DNA of 64,000 nt, taken from contig JAIEQM010000019.1 in the NCBI GenBank assembly GCA_019747705.1, positions 1,921 to 65,920 of the forward strand, written 5' to 3'. Source of the stretch: Chitinophagaceae bacterium. Lineage in GTDB: Bacteria > Bacteroidota > Bacteroidia > Chitinophagales > Chitinophagaceae. A program made the position numbers and the translations under genes. Of this stretch, positions 1 to 9,645 are shown in pieces (position 1 is the stretch's first letter; each line of letters starts with the position of its first letter). The notes below the pieces were generated by a model, which saw nothing but the letters and a program-made list of their open reading frames with translations, was not told the origin of the DNA and did not search any database.

Positions 1-353
1 TCAAGGTAACTGATATAACCATTCAGAATTCGTTCCACTTCATTGATTTTTACTCTGTACAATGATAATTGTTCATCTGAAATATAATTGCAATCGAATG
101 CATCAATCAGGTGATTTAATGATTCGCTTAAAGAACCTCTGGCGATGATACTGAATCTTAGTCTGTCAGGAAATGTTCTTCTGCCATGACCTTCAGAAAT
201 TTGAGCAGGAACAGAACGAATGCTTCGCACAAGCTGGTCAGCCAACCTGAACTTTTCTTCATTAGGGAAAGATTTTACAAGTTCAAAAATTTCTTTTTTC
301 ACTTCCCTGGCTTTTTTCCAAACGTCCAATTCCTCAAAACCCTGATAAGACAT
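1..353 (-). CDS. four-helix-bundle protein (TIGR02436 / 23S rRNA intervening-sequence protein, Avd-like); C-terminus runs off the left edge
   Basis: Own minus-strand translation from the ATG at 353-351: MSYQGFEELDVWKKAREVKKEIFELVKSFPNEEKFRLADQLVRSIRSVPAQISEGHGRRTFPDRLRFSIIARGSLSESLNHLIDA... This is the typical signature of the family. It is absent from the ORF track because there is no stop inside the window. Confidence 0.7.
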   Translation of the reverse strand, partial: MSYQGFEELDVWKKAREVKKEIFELVKSFPNEEKFRLADQLVRSIRSVPAQISEGHGRRTFPDRLRFSIIARGSLSESLNHLIDAFDCNYISDEQLSLYRVKINEVERILNGYISYL

Positions 354-429
354 AACGATTTATTTATAGTTACACATTTCCATTCAACTTCATCAACTCA
401 GTCAACTTCATCAACTATTCCTCCAACCA

Positions 430-1224
430 CTACTTCCCTTTAAACACCGGCATCCGTTTCTGCAAAAACGCATTAATCCCTTCTGCATAATCGTCTGTTT
501 GCGCTGCTTTTTGCTGAAACTCATCTTCCAGCAGCAACTGTTCTTCCCAACTATTGGTGAAGGAATGATTCAACGCATGTTTGGAAAAAGCCAATCCTTT
601 GGTGGGCATTTGTGCCAATGTATGTGCCAGCTTTTTGCTTTCTTCTTCAAAGGTTACATCAGGAAATACTTTATACACCATACCTAAACGTTCGGCTTCG
701 TTTGCAGAAACTTTATCACCCGTCATCATCAAGGCGCTTGCTTTTTGCCAGCCGATTAATCTGGGCAATGTAAAGGTGCCGCCGCTATCTGGTATCAAAC
801 CAATTTTTGAAAATGCCTGGATAAATGAAGCTGATTCAGCAGCCACCACCACATCGCAACACAATGCAATGTTAGCGCCTGCACCAGCAGCAACTCCATT
901 CACAGCAGCTACAACAGGCTTGGGCAAATTGCGGATGCGTTTTACAATGGGGTTGTAATGTTCAGATAAAATTTGAGCGATTGTTATCTCCTCCTCCTTG
1001 GAGGGAGGTTGGGAGGGGGCCAACTCACTGATGTCCTGACCTGCACTGAATGCTTTTCCATTGCCTGTGATATAGACACAACGCACTTCATGCAGCGATG
1101 CACATTCATCCAAACGGTTTTGCAAAAGCAAAGCCATTTCACGGTTGAATGAATTAAATTTTTCAGGGCGGTTGAGATGGATAGTTGCAACCGCATCTTT
1201 GATTTCAAACTGAACAGGGGTCAT
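430..1224 (-). CDS. enoyl-CoA hydratase/isomerase (crotonase fold, PaaG-like)
   Basis: 264 aa with crotonase motifs: GNGKAFSAGQD, PKPVVAAVNGVAAGAGANIAL, EGINAFLQKRMPVF. Confidence 0.85.
   Translation of the reverse strand: MTPVQFEIKDAVATIHLNRPEKFNSFNREMALLLQNRLDECASLHEVRCVYITGNGKAFSAGQDISELAPSQPPSKEEEITIAQILSEHYNPIVKRIRNLPKPVVAAVNGVAAGAGANIALCCDVVVAAESASFIQAFSKIGLIPDSGGTFTLPRLIGWQKASALMMTGDKVSANEAERLGMVYKVFPDVTFEEESKKLAHTLAQMPTKGLAFSKHALNHSFTNSWEEQLLLEDEFQQKAAQTDDYAEGINAFLQKRMPVFKGK
988..1021 (+). repeat. GC-rich hairpin + G-tract element (family A-like) inside the enoyl-CoA hydratase CDS
   Basis: ctcctcctccttggagggaggttgggagggggcc: stem CCTCCT/GGGAGG followed by GGTTGGGAGGGGG. It encodes LAPSQPPSKEEE on the gene strand. 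Confidence 0.45.
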
Positions 1225-1239
1225 AATTCAAGTTTTTTA

Positions 1240-1317
1240 GCGCAGAGAAAGGAGAGGCAGAGTTTTCGCAGAAAGAAAATGAAGCTCTGCGTTATCTCTT
1301 TTTCTCTGTTCTCTGCG
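1240..1317. repeat. imperfect palindromic CGCAGAG/CTCTGCG repeat element (copy 1)
   Basis: gcgcagagaaaggagaggcagag...ctctgcgttatctctttttctctgttctctgcg. It fills the gap between two convergent/adjacent minus-strand genes and is related to 24929-24981. Confidence 0.55.
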
Positions 1318-1324
1318 TTTGGTA

Positions 1325-3988
1325 TTACAGTTTTATTACTCTCATATAATCAATCATCGCCCGGTTAACATCCACATTCATATTGTTATTCCATTCTTCA
1401 AACTCAAGGCGCAATTGATTGGTTCCTTTTTTCAAATTTACTTGATAACTGTTGCTCCAGCCCCAATCGCTCCATTCATCAGCGCCACGCTGGGGAAATA
1501 CATAAGCGCCAATGTAATTGGTTCCGCTATACAAACTGCGGAGTGCACATTTGTTATCGGTATTCCAGGGGCCGCTGCCATTGGAGTAGCGAAAATCAAT
1601 CAAATACATTCCATCTGCATCAACATTTACATTGATGGTAATGGACTTGTTTGCTGCGGTTGAAATTTCAACAAAACCATTGCCCGAATAATTAACGAAT
1701 GGCAATGCTGCTTTTGCAGCAATGGTTTCCATTTCTATTTTTTGAACGGATGCATTACTCACAACTAAAACCGGTTCACTTGTAAAGGATTCCACTTTGT
1801 TTTTATCTGCTGCTGTTACTTTGTATTCAGTAAATGAACTGCCGGTGAATTTGTAATTGGGTTGTTTTACTTCTGCTGCTTTTACTCCGTTCCTGTAAAT
1901 GTTGTATTGCACAGCGCCTTCAATAGGCTTCCATTCAAGCATTGTTCCGTTTTGTTTTACCTGCGGGTCGGGTAATGTAAATGTATTGGCAACTAAATTG
2001 ATTTTATTACTGCTGAACGGTTGATTATCCATTTCAATTTCAATACTGTGATTTCCGCTTGTGGTTGCAGGTAATAATGCATTAGGCAAATCTTTTCCAT
2101 CGAGTTTAATGGAAACAATTTTATTTCCTGTTCCTTTTACAGTAATGTTTAAAACAGCATTTCTGTATTTAAAATTGCTGAGTGTTTTGACGCCGCTGTA
2201 ATTTGCTGGAACAGCCGGCGCAAAACGAATGCCATCTGTTTCAAAATGAATGCCCATGAACACACGATGAACCATGGCAATATTTCCTGCCATACTCCAT
2301 AGCATACGGTCGCTGTTGATTTCTGTTCCGTTGAAATCACCCGTTGCCGCCACCATGTTTTCATAGTTGGTTAAGAATAATGCTGCAGCCCGATAGATAG
2401 CTGCCAAACCATGATTCAATGCCGCTTCATTCCCTGCTTTTGCAGCAGCTAAATTCCAATACGATTGTACAAAGGGCCAGATGGCATTGTTATGATAAGG
2501 CGGTATGCCCGGTATTTGCGGATAAATACAGGTAACACCAAAATCAGTTAATGGAGATTTTTCAAAAATGGTTGCTGCCTGTTTTTCATCTGCCACATCA
2601 AACAATACACTCAATGCTTCACCCAATGCTTCAAAGCGTGGTGATTGATTCAAATAAAGACGACCATACAAATATTGAGCATAGTAACCTTTATCTTCCA
2701 TCCACAATTGTTTGTTGATGGCTGCTTTGATGGTGTTGGCAGTTTGTTCATATACATCAAATGGCTGTTGTAATTCTTTCGCCATCATGGCTAAAATTTT
2801 ATGTGCCTGGTAATGCACCACATTGGTTCCCAAATTTTGCGAAACATAAATATCCATATTGCTCATCCACTTGGGATAGGTTTGTTCACGCCAATCAAGA
2901 AAAGATGACTCACCTTTGTACAAGCCTGTTTCACTGTTCAACAACACTTTTGCATCATCGTCCAATGTGTTTTTGATGATTTCATATACCAGCTGCAGCC
3001 AGTCTTTATCACCTGTTGCTTTATAAATTTCCCATGCAGCCAGCACCCATGTAGTGCGGTCGCTGCTCACGGGCCATGCACCGCCGCTGCCCGTATCCTG
3101 GATGATGCGTTTGCGTTTTACTTTTTTGAGTAATGAAATTTTTGCAATATCAGGTTGATGATAAGCAAAGGCGAGGAAGATGCTGTAGCTGATATCTCTG
3201 GTCCATACGCCGCCCCATTTGGCACCGGTGCGGAAGGTACTGTCGGCTTCAATATTTTTCAATGCCTCTTCCATTGATAAATTGAATAGTGCATCAACAA
3301 TAGGTTGTTCTGATTTATAAGAAGGTTTTTGTGAAATATCCAAACTCAGTTTCCATTCTTTTTCTTTATTCTCTTCTTCGTTATACGGATTGAATTTGAG
3401 TGTGATGGTGTAGATGCCATCTTTATCATCATCCTTTAACTGCAATCCTTTATTGCTGAGGTTTACAAAATCCCATGAGAGTGGTTCGCCAGCACCTGCA
3501 ATGTAAAAGCCCTTGAAATCGGCTTTGGCTACTTTGCTTCCATCGTATGCTTCATAATAACCTTTTTCTTCAAACTGTTTGAGCACAGGATTCATATCCG
3601 CACGAAACGTGTATTCATAATTCACAGGTAAATAAGTAGTGGGTGCAGCAGGCGATGGTTCGGGCAGTTGACCAAACACAACAACAGGCGATTCTTTTTC
3701 CTTATTGATGATTACCCAATGGTCGTTACCCGGCGCCAGTTCATTATCTTTTTCGTTAATGCTGAATTTGAATTTGATGAGTCTTGAAAAGGCAGCGCTT
3801 GCCGGGCTTTTGTAATTGGATTTGATGTGAGTAGAAGAAATGACAGTAGCAGTATTGCTGCCCTGCACCACTTTGTCTTTATACAATGTAAATGCATCTG
3901 ATTGGTAGAGGATGTCTTTGTTTTCGTTTTTACAGGAGCTGAGCATGGCAATTAAAATAAATACAGCAAGCTTTTTCATTCTGTTCAA
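1325..3988 (-). CDS. secreted glycoside-hydrolase-like protein ((alpha/alpha)6 six-hairpin type) with C-terminal CBM6/35-like module
   Basis: 887 aa with a lipoprotein-like signal (MKKLAVFILIAMLSSC). The central region (WGGVWTRDISYS, GSGGAWPVSSDRTTWVLAAWEIY) looks like a six-hairpin glycosidase. The C-terminal ~130 aa look like a carbohydrate-binding jelly roll. Confidence 0.55.
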   Translation of the reverse strand: MNRMKKLAVFILIAMLSSCKNENKDILYQSDAFTLYKDKVVQGSNTATVISSTHIKSNYKSPASAAFSRLIKFKFSINEKDNELAPGNDHWVIINKEKESPVVVFGQLPEPSPAAPTTYLPVNYEYTFRADMNPVLKQFEEKGYYEAYDGSKVAKADFKGFYIAGAGEPLSWDFVNLSNKGLQLKDDDKDGIYTITLKFNPYNEEENKEKEWKLSLDISQKPSYKSEQPIVDALFNLSMEEALKNIEADSTFRTGAKWGGVWTRDISYSIFLAFAYHQPDIAKISLLKKVKRKRIIQDTGSGGAWPVSSDRTTWVLAAWEIYKATGDKDWLQLVYEIIKNTLDDDAKVLLNSETGLYKGESSFLDWREQTYPKWMSNMDIYVSQNLGTNVVHYQAHKILAMMAKELQQPFDVYEQTANTIKAAINKQLWMEDKGYYAQYLYGRLYLNQSPRFEALGEALSVLFDVADEKQAATIFEKSPLTDFGVTCIYPQIPGIPPYHNNAIWPFVQSYWNLAAAKAGNEAALNHGLAAIYRAAALFLTNYENMVAATGDFNGTEINSDRMLWSMAGNIAMVHRVFMGIHFETDGIRFAPAVPANYSGVKTLSNFKYRNAVLNITVKGTGNKIVSIKLDGKDLPNALLPATTSGNHSIEIEMDNQPFSSNKINLVANTFTLPDPQVKQNGTMLEWKPIEGAVQYNIYRNGVKAAEVKQPNYKFTGSSFTEYKVTAADKNKVESFTSEPVLVVSNASVQKIEMETIAAKAALPFVNYSGNGFVEISTAANKSITINVNVDADGMYLIDFRYSNGSGPWNTDNKCALRSLYSGTNYIGAYVFPQRGADEWSDWGWSNSYQVNLKKGTNQLRLEFEEWNNNMNVDVNRAMIDYMRVIKL

Positions 3989-4091
3989 TTTACAAAGGCA
4001 AGCTAAGAAATTATCATCTTAGTTTGTTTTGTTGTTTTTAGTAATTTAGAGAACCTTAACGGCGGCTCCGTTTCAACGAAAAATTAACTGT

Positions 4092-6329
4092 ATGGTTCAT
4101 AAGCTGCGTCATTTTACTTCTGTTTTTTTTGCGGGCTGTTGTTTATTGATTTCTACTGCAGGCGTTGCACAAAAAATCTATACAACTAACGACTCCGTTC
4201 GTATTTATGAGTTGCTTGATAAAGCTGATGAGGCAGATAACTCCGGCAATCTTGATGAATCTGTGAAGTATGCAAATGAGGCACTGGCCATGAGCCGCAC
4301 TGTAAAAATGATGCGGGGCGAAGGGTTTGCATTGCTTAAACTTGCAGACTTAAAATTAAAAAAAGAAGGAACAGAAAACATTGTTGATTTGTTTAATGCT
4401 CCTTTAAAAATTGGCGAGCATTTGAAAGACAGTTTTTTAATTGGGTTAACCCATCATCAAAAAGGGCAAATGTATTTGAACAGTGCAAACTATAATGAAG
4501 CTGATGATTGGTTTGAACATGCACTGAATTATTACCGGCCTGATAAAGAAGCTCATTACCGTGCGCTGGTGTTCAATGAACGGGGGTATATGTTTGACCG
4601 GCAGGGAGAATATGCCAAAGCTGTTGATATGTATTTGCAGGCCATCCGTTTTTTTGAAAAAGAAAACAATGAAAAGGAAATTGCGAATACACTCGGAAAT
4701 ATCGGTGTGAGCAATTTCAGAATGGGTAATAAAGAAGAAGCTATTACTATGTTTAAGAAATCTGCAGCACTCCGTGAAAAACTGGGCGATGCAAAAGGTT
4801 TGGCAGCAACCTATGGTAATCTTGTAACTGCTTATTCAGGCATATCATTAGACTCTTCTTTCAGATACCAGGAAAAAGCAATTGCCAATGCACAAAAAAC
4901 AGGTGTAAAAAATAACCTGGCACAGGCTTATGCCAATGCTGCCACATTACTTACACGAATGAAAAAATATAAAGAAGCGGAAGAATACCTGCAAAAAGCC
5001 ATCCAGTTGTACAAAGAAGTGGGCGACCGGTTAAAAGTGGGTAATCAGTATATAGGTCTTGCAAACCTCCAACAACTCTTAAATGATTCAGCAAAGGCGG
5101 AAGAATATTTTAAAGAAGCAGAAGCCATCGCATCGTCACAAAAAAACAAACTGCTCTTTCAATCGTTGTACCAGGCCAAATCAAACTTTTACAACGCAAG
5201 AAACAATTACAAACTTTCGTATGATTATTATAAACAGTATTACAATTACCGTGACAGTATTGTAAATGAAAAAAACACAGCCACCATGGCTGAGCTGCAA
5301 ACAAAGTATGAAACTGAAAAGAAAGACAATGAAATTGCCAGGCTCAGTACCGAACAAAAAATAAAACAGCTTGAAATAGAAAAGCAAAAAGCGGTGATTG
5401 CAGGAAACCGGCAACTGGCAGAAAAGAAAGAAACCCAAATTCAATTATTACAGCAGCAGCAATTATTGCGGGATGCGCAACTGAAACAGCAAAAAGAAGA
5501 CCTTGATAAACAGGTGTTGCTCAACAAAACCAATGAACAGCAACTCCTCCTCTCTGTACAGGAATTACAGATTGCCGAAAACGAAAAGAAGATAAGAATG
5601 CGGCAATTAGATAAAGAACGATTATTAAGAAACGGAATTATAGGTGCGGCTGTTCTCATACTGCTGGTGGGAGGGTTGTTGTTTAACCGTTACCAGCTCC
5701 GCAAAAAAATTGAAGAGCAGCAGGCATTGCTGGAAGTACGGAATAAAATTTCAAAAGATTTGCATGATGATATCGGAAGCACACTTACCAGTATCCATAT
5801 CCTCAGTAACGTATCTGAGGAGGCTATTGAACATAATCCGCAACAGGCAAAAGCAATGATTCATGATATTGCCATGCAAAGCAAAACGATACAGCAAAAC
5901 ATGAGCGATATTGTTTGGGCCATCCGGCCGGATAATGGTAAGATAGAAAATCTTTCTGCAAGAATGCGTGAATACATCGGGCAAACACTGGAGCCGAATC
6001 AAGTTAAAACAACCTTCACAGTGAATGAAGCAATACTGGGCACAACACTTACCATGGAATTCAGAAAAGAATTATTACTCATCTATAAAGAAGCAATTAA
6101 CAATATTGTGAAACACTCCGGTGCAACAGGTGTAACCATTGAGCTTGAAGGAACAACCCATCAACTCGAAATGCGTATTACAGATAATGGCCGATGGAAA
6201 GAAAAACTAAAAAGCAGCGGAACAGGAACCTACAGTATGAAGCAAAGGGCAGAAGTTTTGGGAGGAAGCCTTGCCATTACTGGTTCTGATACAGGAACAG
6301 AGGTAAAGCTTACCGTTCCCCTCCCATAA
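4092..6329 (+). CDS. TPR-repeat sensor histidine kinase (HisKA_3 + HATPase_c, NarL-type partner)
   Basis: 745 aa: signal/TM, many TPR-like repeats, a coiled coil, a TM segment, then LHDDIGSTLTSI (H-box) and GTGTYSMKQRAEVLGG (ATPase G-box). Confidence 0.85.
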   Translation: MVHKLRHFTSVFFAGCCLLISTAGVAQKIYTTNDSVRIYELLDKADEADNSGNLDESVKYANEALAMSRTVKMMRGEGFALLKLADLKLKKEGTENIVDLFNAPLKIGEHLKDSFLIGLTHHQKGQMYLNSANYNEADDWFEHALNYYRPDKEAHYRALVFNERGYMFDRQGEYAKAVDMYLQAIRFFEKENNEKEIANTLGNIGVSNFRMGNKEEAITMFKKSAALREKLGDAKGLAATYGNLVTAYSGISLDSSFRYQEKAIANAQKTGVKNNLAQAYANAATLLTRMKKYKEAEEYLQKAIQLYKEVGDRLKVGNQYIGLANLQQLLNDSAKAEEYFKEAEAIASSQKNKLLFQSLYQAKSNFYNARNNYKLSYDYYKQYYNYRDSIVNEKNTATMAELQTKYETEKKDNEIARLSTEQKIKQLEIEKQKAVIAGNRQLAEKKETQIQLLQQQQLLRDAQLKQQKEDLDKQVLLNKTNEQQLLLSVQELQIAENEKKIRMRQLDKERLLRNGIIGAAVLILLVGGLLFNRYQLRKKIEEQQALLEVRNKISKDLHDDIGSTLTSIHILSNVSEEAIEHNPQQAKAMIHDIAMQSKTIQQNMSDIVWAIRPDNGKIENLSARMREYIGQTLEPNQVKTTFTVNEAILGTTLTMEFRKELLLIYKEAINNIVKHSGATGVTIELEGTTHQLEMRITDNGRWKEKLKSSGTGTYSMKQRAEVLGGSLAITGSDTGTEVKLTVPLP

Positions 6330-6374
6330 TTATGGGATGCTGTAAGCAGTAAGAAATCTTAATTTTATTTTTCT

Positions 6375-7010
6375 ATGCCCGTGCGTTTGTTATTATATGA
6401 GGATAATGAAAATCTGAGAAACAGTTTGGTGTCTCTGCTGCAATGGCAGGCAGATATGGAGTTAATTGCTGCACTACCTGATGCACAAACGGTAGTAAAT
6501 GATATTGAAGCCTGCAAGCCCGATGTGATTTTGATGGATATTGATATGCCTTTTACCAATGGCATTGCTGCATTAAAGCAGGTTAGAAACATTCATGCAG
6601 AATTGCCGGTAATTATGCTCACCGTTTTTGATGACAATGAAAACATCTTCAACTCTATATGTGCAGGCGCCAATGGCTATATCCTTAAAAAGAATTTTGA
6701 CCAGATTGTTCCGGCTGTTAAAGATGTTCTCAGCGGCGGGGCCCCTATGACGGGTTCAGTTGCAAGAAAAGTATTGGCACTCTTTCCACGTCCTGCGCAA
6801 CATAAGAGTGAAGAAGAGCAGCTTCTTTCTATTCGGGAAACGGACATTCTGCAATTGCTCATTAAAGGGTATAGTTATAAAATGGTTGCAGATGAACTGG
6901 ATATTGCTTTAGAAACAGTTCGCTCTCACATCAAAAAAATTTACAAAAAACTGCAGGTAAACAGTGCAACGGAAGCAATTTACAAAGCTTCAAAAAACAA
7001 ACTGGTTTAG
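6375..7010 (+). CDS. response regulator, REC + LuxR/NarL-type HTH
   Basis: 211 aa. Receiver motifs (LLYEDN, ILMDIDMP) and a C-terminal LuxR HTH (LSIRETDILQLLIKGYSYKMVADELDIALETVRSHIKKIYKKLQV). Confidence 0.9.
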   Translation: MPVRLLLYEDNENLRNSLVSLLQWQADMELIAALPDAQTVVNDIEACKPDVILMDIDMPFTNGIAALKQVRNIHAELPVIMLTVFDDNENIFNSICAGANGYILKKNFDQIVPAVKDVLSGGAPMTGSVARKVLALFPRPAQHKSEEEQLLSIRETDILQLLIKGYSYKMVADELDIALETVRSHIKKIYKKLQVNSATEAIYKASKNKLV

Positions 7011-7151
7011 TCTTCTGCTCCACAATTTCTCTTTTTTATATTTTAATGATTTGCAGTACTGCCATGAATATGGGATTGTACAGGTTTTATGTGCATTCTA
7101 CTTTTAGCCTGTAATTATTCAAAAGGTTTTTCAATAAAAAAATTAAAATCA

Positions 7152-7754
7152 ATGAAACGAAAACTCCTTGCAGCATTCTTCTGTTGCGCATCACTGCAAC
7201 TTGCAGCACAAAACCTGGTTCCCAATCCGCAGTTTGAATTACTGCGTCCCTCTTCTAAAGAATATACCTTTCAAAATCCGCAAATGGATAAAAATGAAAA
7301 AACCTGTAACGATTTTGCGAATGCATTATTCCGTTATTCACCGGCACAAAACTGGACGATATGGCTGGGCAGTGCTGATTGCAGGAATGGTGTAATGACA
7401 GAGCTGGTAAGTGCTTCTTCCAACTGCGTTCCGCCATGGCCGAACTTTGTAATGAAAAACATGATGCATGTAAAAACTACCGGTGGCGGACAGGGTATTG
7501 TAAATACTGATATACCCGGCGGAACAGCCCTCGTAAAAATCACCTGCTGGGTATATGTGATTAAAGGCAAAGTTGATTTTGCCTATGGCCCTACCGGTAC
7601 AGGTATTGTAAGAGCTTTTTCAACCACTAACTGTAAATGGGAGAAACTCGAAATGATAAAAAAAGGTACGGAAGCCTGTAACCAAATAACAGTTTATTCC
7701 AAAGATGCTGATGCAGAGTTTTATATAGATGCAGTATCAGTAATAAAAATGTAA
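7152..7754 (+). CDS. secreted hypothetical protein, CBM4_9-like jelly-roll flavour
   Basis: Start moved to MKRKLLAAFFCCASLQLAAQ (signal peptide). It begins NLVPNPQFE and ends EFYIDAVSV, as many carbohydrate-binding modules do. Confidence 0.6.
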   Translation: MKRKLLAAFFCCASLQLAAQNLVPNPQFELLRPSSKEYTFQNPQMDKNEKTCNDFANALFRYSPAQNWTIWLGSADCRNGVMTELVSASSNCVPPWPNFVMKNMMHVKTTGGGQGIVNTDIPGGTALVKITCWVYVIKGKVDFAYGPTGTGIVRAFSTTNCKWEKLEMIKKGTEACNQITVYSKDADAEFYIDAVSVIKM

Positions 7755-7758
7755 GAAC

Positions 7759-8580
7759 ATGATTCATAAATATACTTTTCTTTTTCTGCTTGCTTTCTGT
7801 TTTTATGTTACAGGTTTATATGCACAATCGCCCGATGCACGTGTGTGCAATTGTTTTACCAAAGCCATCTCTGCAGATTTTATGCTGGGCACTAAAGCAG
7901 GTTACGGACGTATTGCTTTGTTTCTTTCAAGAGATATGGAGTTAAAACCCAATCAATCGCAACCGGTAAAATTTACATTTCCTGCATTGGAAGCAAAGCA
8001 GGGATGCACTGCCTCCTATACTTTATACATAGCAGATGAGCGTGGAGCAAAAATATATGAAGCAACAGGCCGTAACAATGAGTTTACCCATTCATTCAAT
8101 GACTGCAGTAAAACATACGAAGTGCGTTTGGTGGCAACAGCCAAATCTGTAAACGGCGGAGATGGTAATTGCAGCAGAAGTATTAACATTAAAGTAAAAT
8201 CTGTTTGTAATACTGTTGTTTGTGAGTGTTTTAATCAGAAAGACAGTAAGGCAATTAGCGGGGATATTAATATAAACGGAAGTATGAATTGTTTACCTGT
8301 GCAAAATAATCAACGCCGTTATATATTAGGTTTTGGCATAAGCAATAAATCAAATTGTGTGCTCAATGTAGAATCAATCACTGTTCATGGTCAAACCATT
8401 GCTGTTCCTGCTTACAATACAGCACCACGTTCAGAAACAAAAGGAATCTCATTGGGCTTTTCAACACCGATGAGCCAGGGCGCACCTGCTGATTCAAAAG
8501 TAACGGTGGTGGTTCGTTACAGTTTAAATGGAAGAAAATGTTCAGTTACTATGGACTTACCTTATAACAATTGTAATTAA
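7759..8580 (+). CDS. secreted Cys-rich hypothetical protein with two internal repeats
   Basis: 273 aa with a signal peptide. The two halves each start with VC(N/E)CF..KAIS(A/G)D (VCNCFTKAISADF and VCECFNQKDSKAISGDI). Confidence 0.6.
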   Translation: MIHKYTFLFLLAFCFYVTGLYAQSPDARVCNCFTKAISADFMLGTKAGYGRIALFLSRDMELKPNQSQPVKFTFPALEAKQGCTASYTLYIADERGAKIYEATGRNNEFTHSFNDCSKTYEVRLVATAKSVNGGDGNCSRSINIKVKSVCNTVVCECFNQKDSKAISGDININGSMNCLPVQNNQRRYILGFGISNKSNCVLNVESITVHGQTIAVPAYNTAPRSETKGISLGFSTPMSQGAPADSKVTVVVRYSLNGRKCSVTMDLPYNNCN

Positions 8581-8598
8581 AAAACTAAAACCTGAAAT

Positions 8599-9624
8599 AT
8601 GAAATATCTCAAACAAGTTATAGTTGTTGCAATTGTGTTGTTTGTTGCACTTGAAACAACAGCACAGGAACAACCTAAAAAACCCAAAGTGGTTAAAACT
8701 GCCGAAAAAGTAAATCAAAAAACACAGAAGGCATCAGAAGCGAGTAATGAAGTGGAGAATCAATCGCAACAAACAGCTGCTAATGTGCAGAATGTGGTGA
8801 ATAATGCCAAAGCAGTAATAAAAATTTTTGAACCCATTCTCCGTTTCCGTTTAAAAAAGCAAACCATAACAGCACCAACTGATGTTGCCGTAAACAATAC
8901 CCCATTTCCGCCAAACCCGCCTGCAGAACAGCAGCCTGCCGCACCGTTGCCTGATTATAATAACCCTGCTGTTTTTGTAACACAGAATGATATTACACAG
9001 GGTGTGCCCATTGTTGCAGAAAGCCCGGCATACAATACTGATGGTACAGCAAACCTCGGCAGCCAGAATAATAAAAAAATCGGCTGCTATATTGATGTGA
9101 TGCGTGCAATGATAATGGATGAGATTGATGCAGCGGGTCAATCTAAATCAGTTGATTTGATTTTTACAGCCACGAACGCTTTTAACGAACAGGTGCCGAT
9201 GTATGCTTTTCTTACTCCCTCTTATGTAAAGAATGATGGAGCAGCATATAATTTTTTTAAAGGAACAAAATATAAAGACCGTAACATTCCACCTGCCTCA
9301 TGGGATGAAGTGAATGAATCAGAAGTGGCAATGACTGCATTAAGCGGTGAACAGTTTGAAAAAATTCAAAACAACAACCAGTTAATGGCTGTGGTAAAAC
9401 AAATTAAAGGTTTTGGGCAAAAAGTGGAAAGCCGCACCAAGCTGGAAGGGAAAGTGATTGCCATTAAAACAGAAATGGGCGACCGCACAGCTTATGGGCT
9501 CATCTATATTGTAAATCATTTTGGAACAACAGGTGATAATGGATATTTGAAAGTTAAAATTAAAGTTACCGGAGTTGGAAATACCGGAGATGGTACTGCT
9601 GATGGTAAGTTCTATCAACAATAA
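8599..9624 (+). CDS. secreted hypothetical protein (low-complexity Q/N/P-rich N-terminal part)
   Basis: 341 aa with a signal peptide (VLFVALETTAQ). No family recognised. Confidence 0.55.
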   Translation: MKYLKQVIVVAIVLFVALETTAQEQPKKPKVVKTAEKVNQKTQKASEASNEVENQSQQTAANVQNVVNNAKAVIKIFEPILRFRLKKQTITAPTDVAVNNTPFPPNPPAEQQPAAPLPDYNNPAVFVTQNDITQGVPIVAESPAYNTDGTANLGSQNNKKIGCYIDVMRAMIMDEIDAAGQSKSVDLIFTATNAFNEQVPMYAFLTPSYVKNDGAAYNFFKGTKYKDRNIPPASWDEVNESEVAMTALSGEQFEKIQNNNQLMAVVKQIKGFGQKVESRTKLEGKVIAIKTEMGDRTAYGLIYIVNHFGTTGDNGYLKVKIKVTGVGNTGDGTADGKFYQQ

Positions 9625-9645
9625 TAATTCATCACAAAAAAAATT

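Noticed and set aside
186-443. 85-aa plus-strand ORF at the left edge
   Set aside because: It overlaps, in antisense, the much better supported minus-strand four-helix-bundle gene. The product is low-complexity (STSSTQSTSST).
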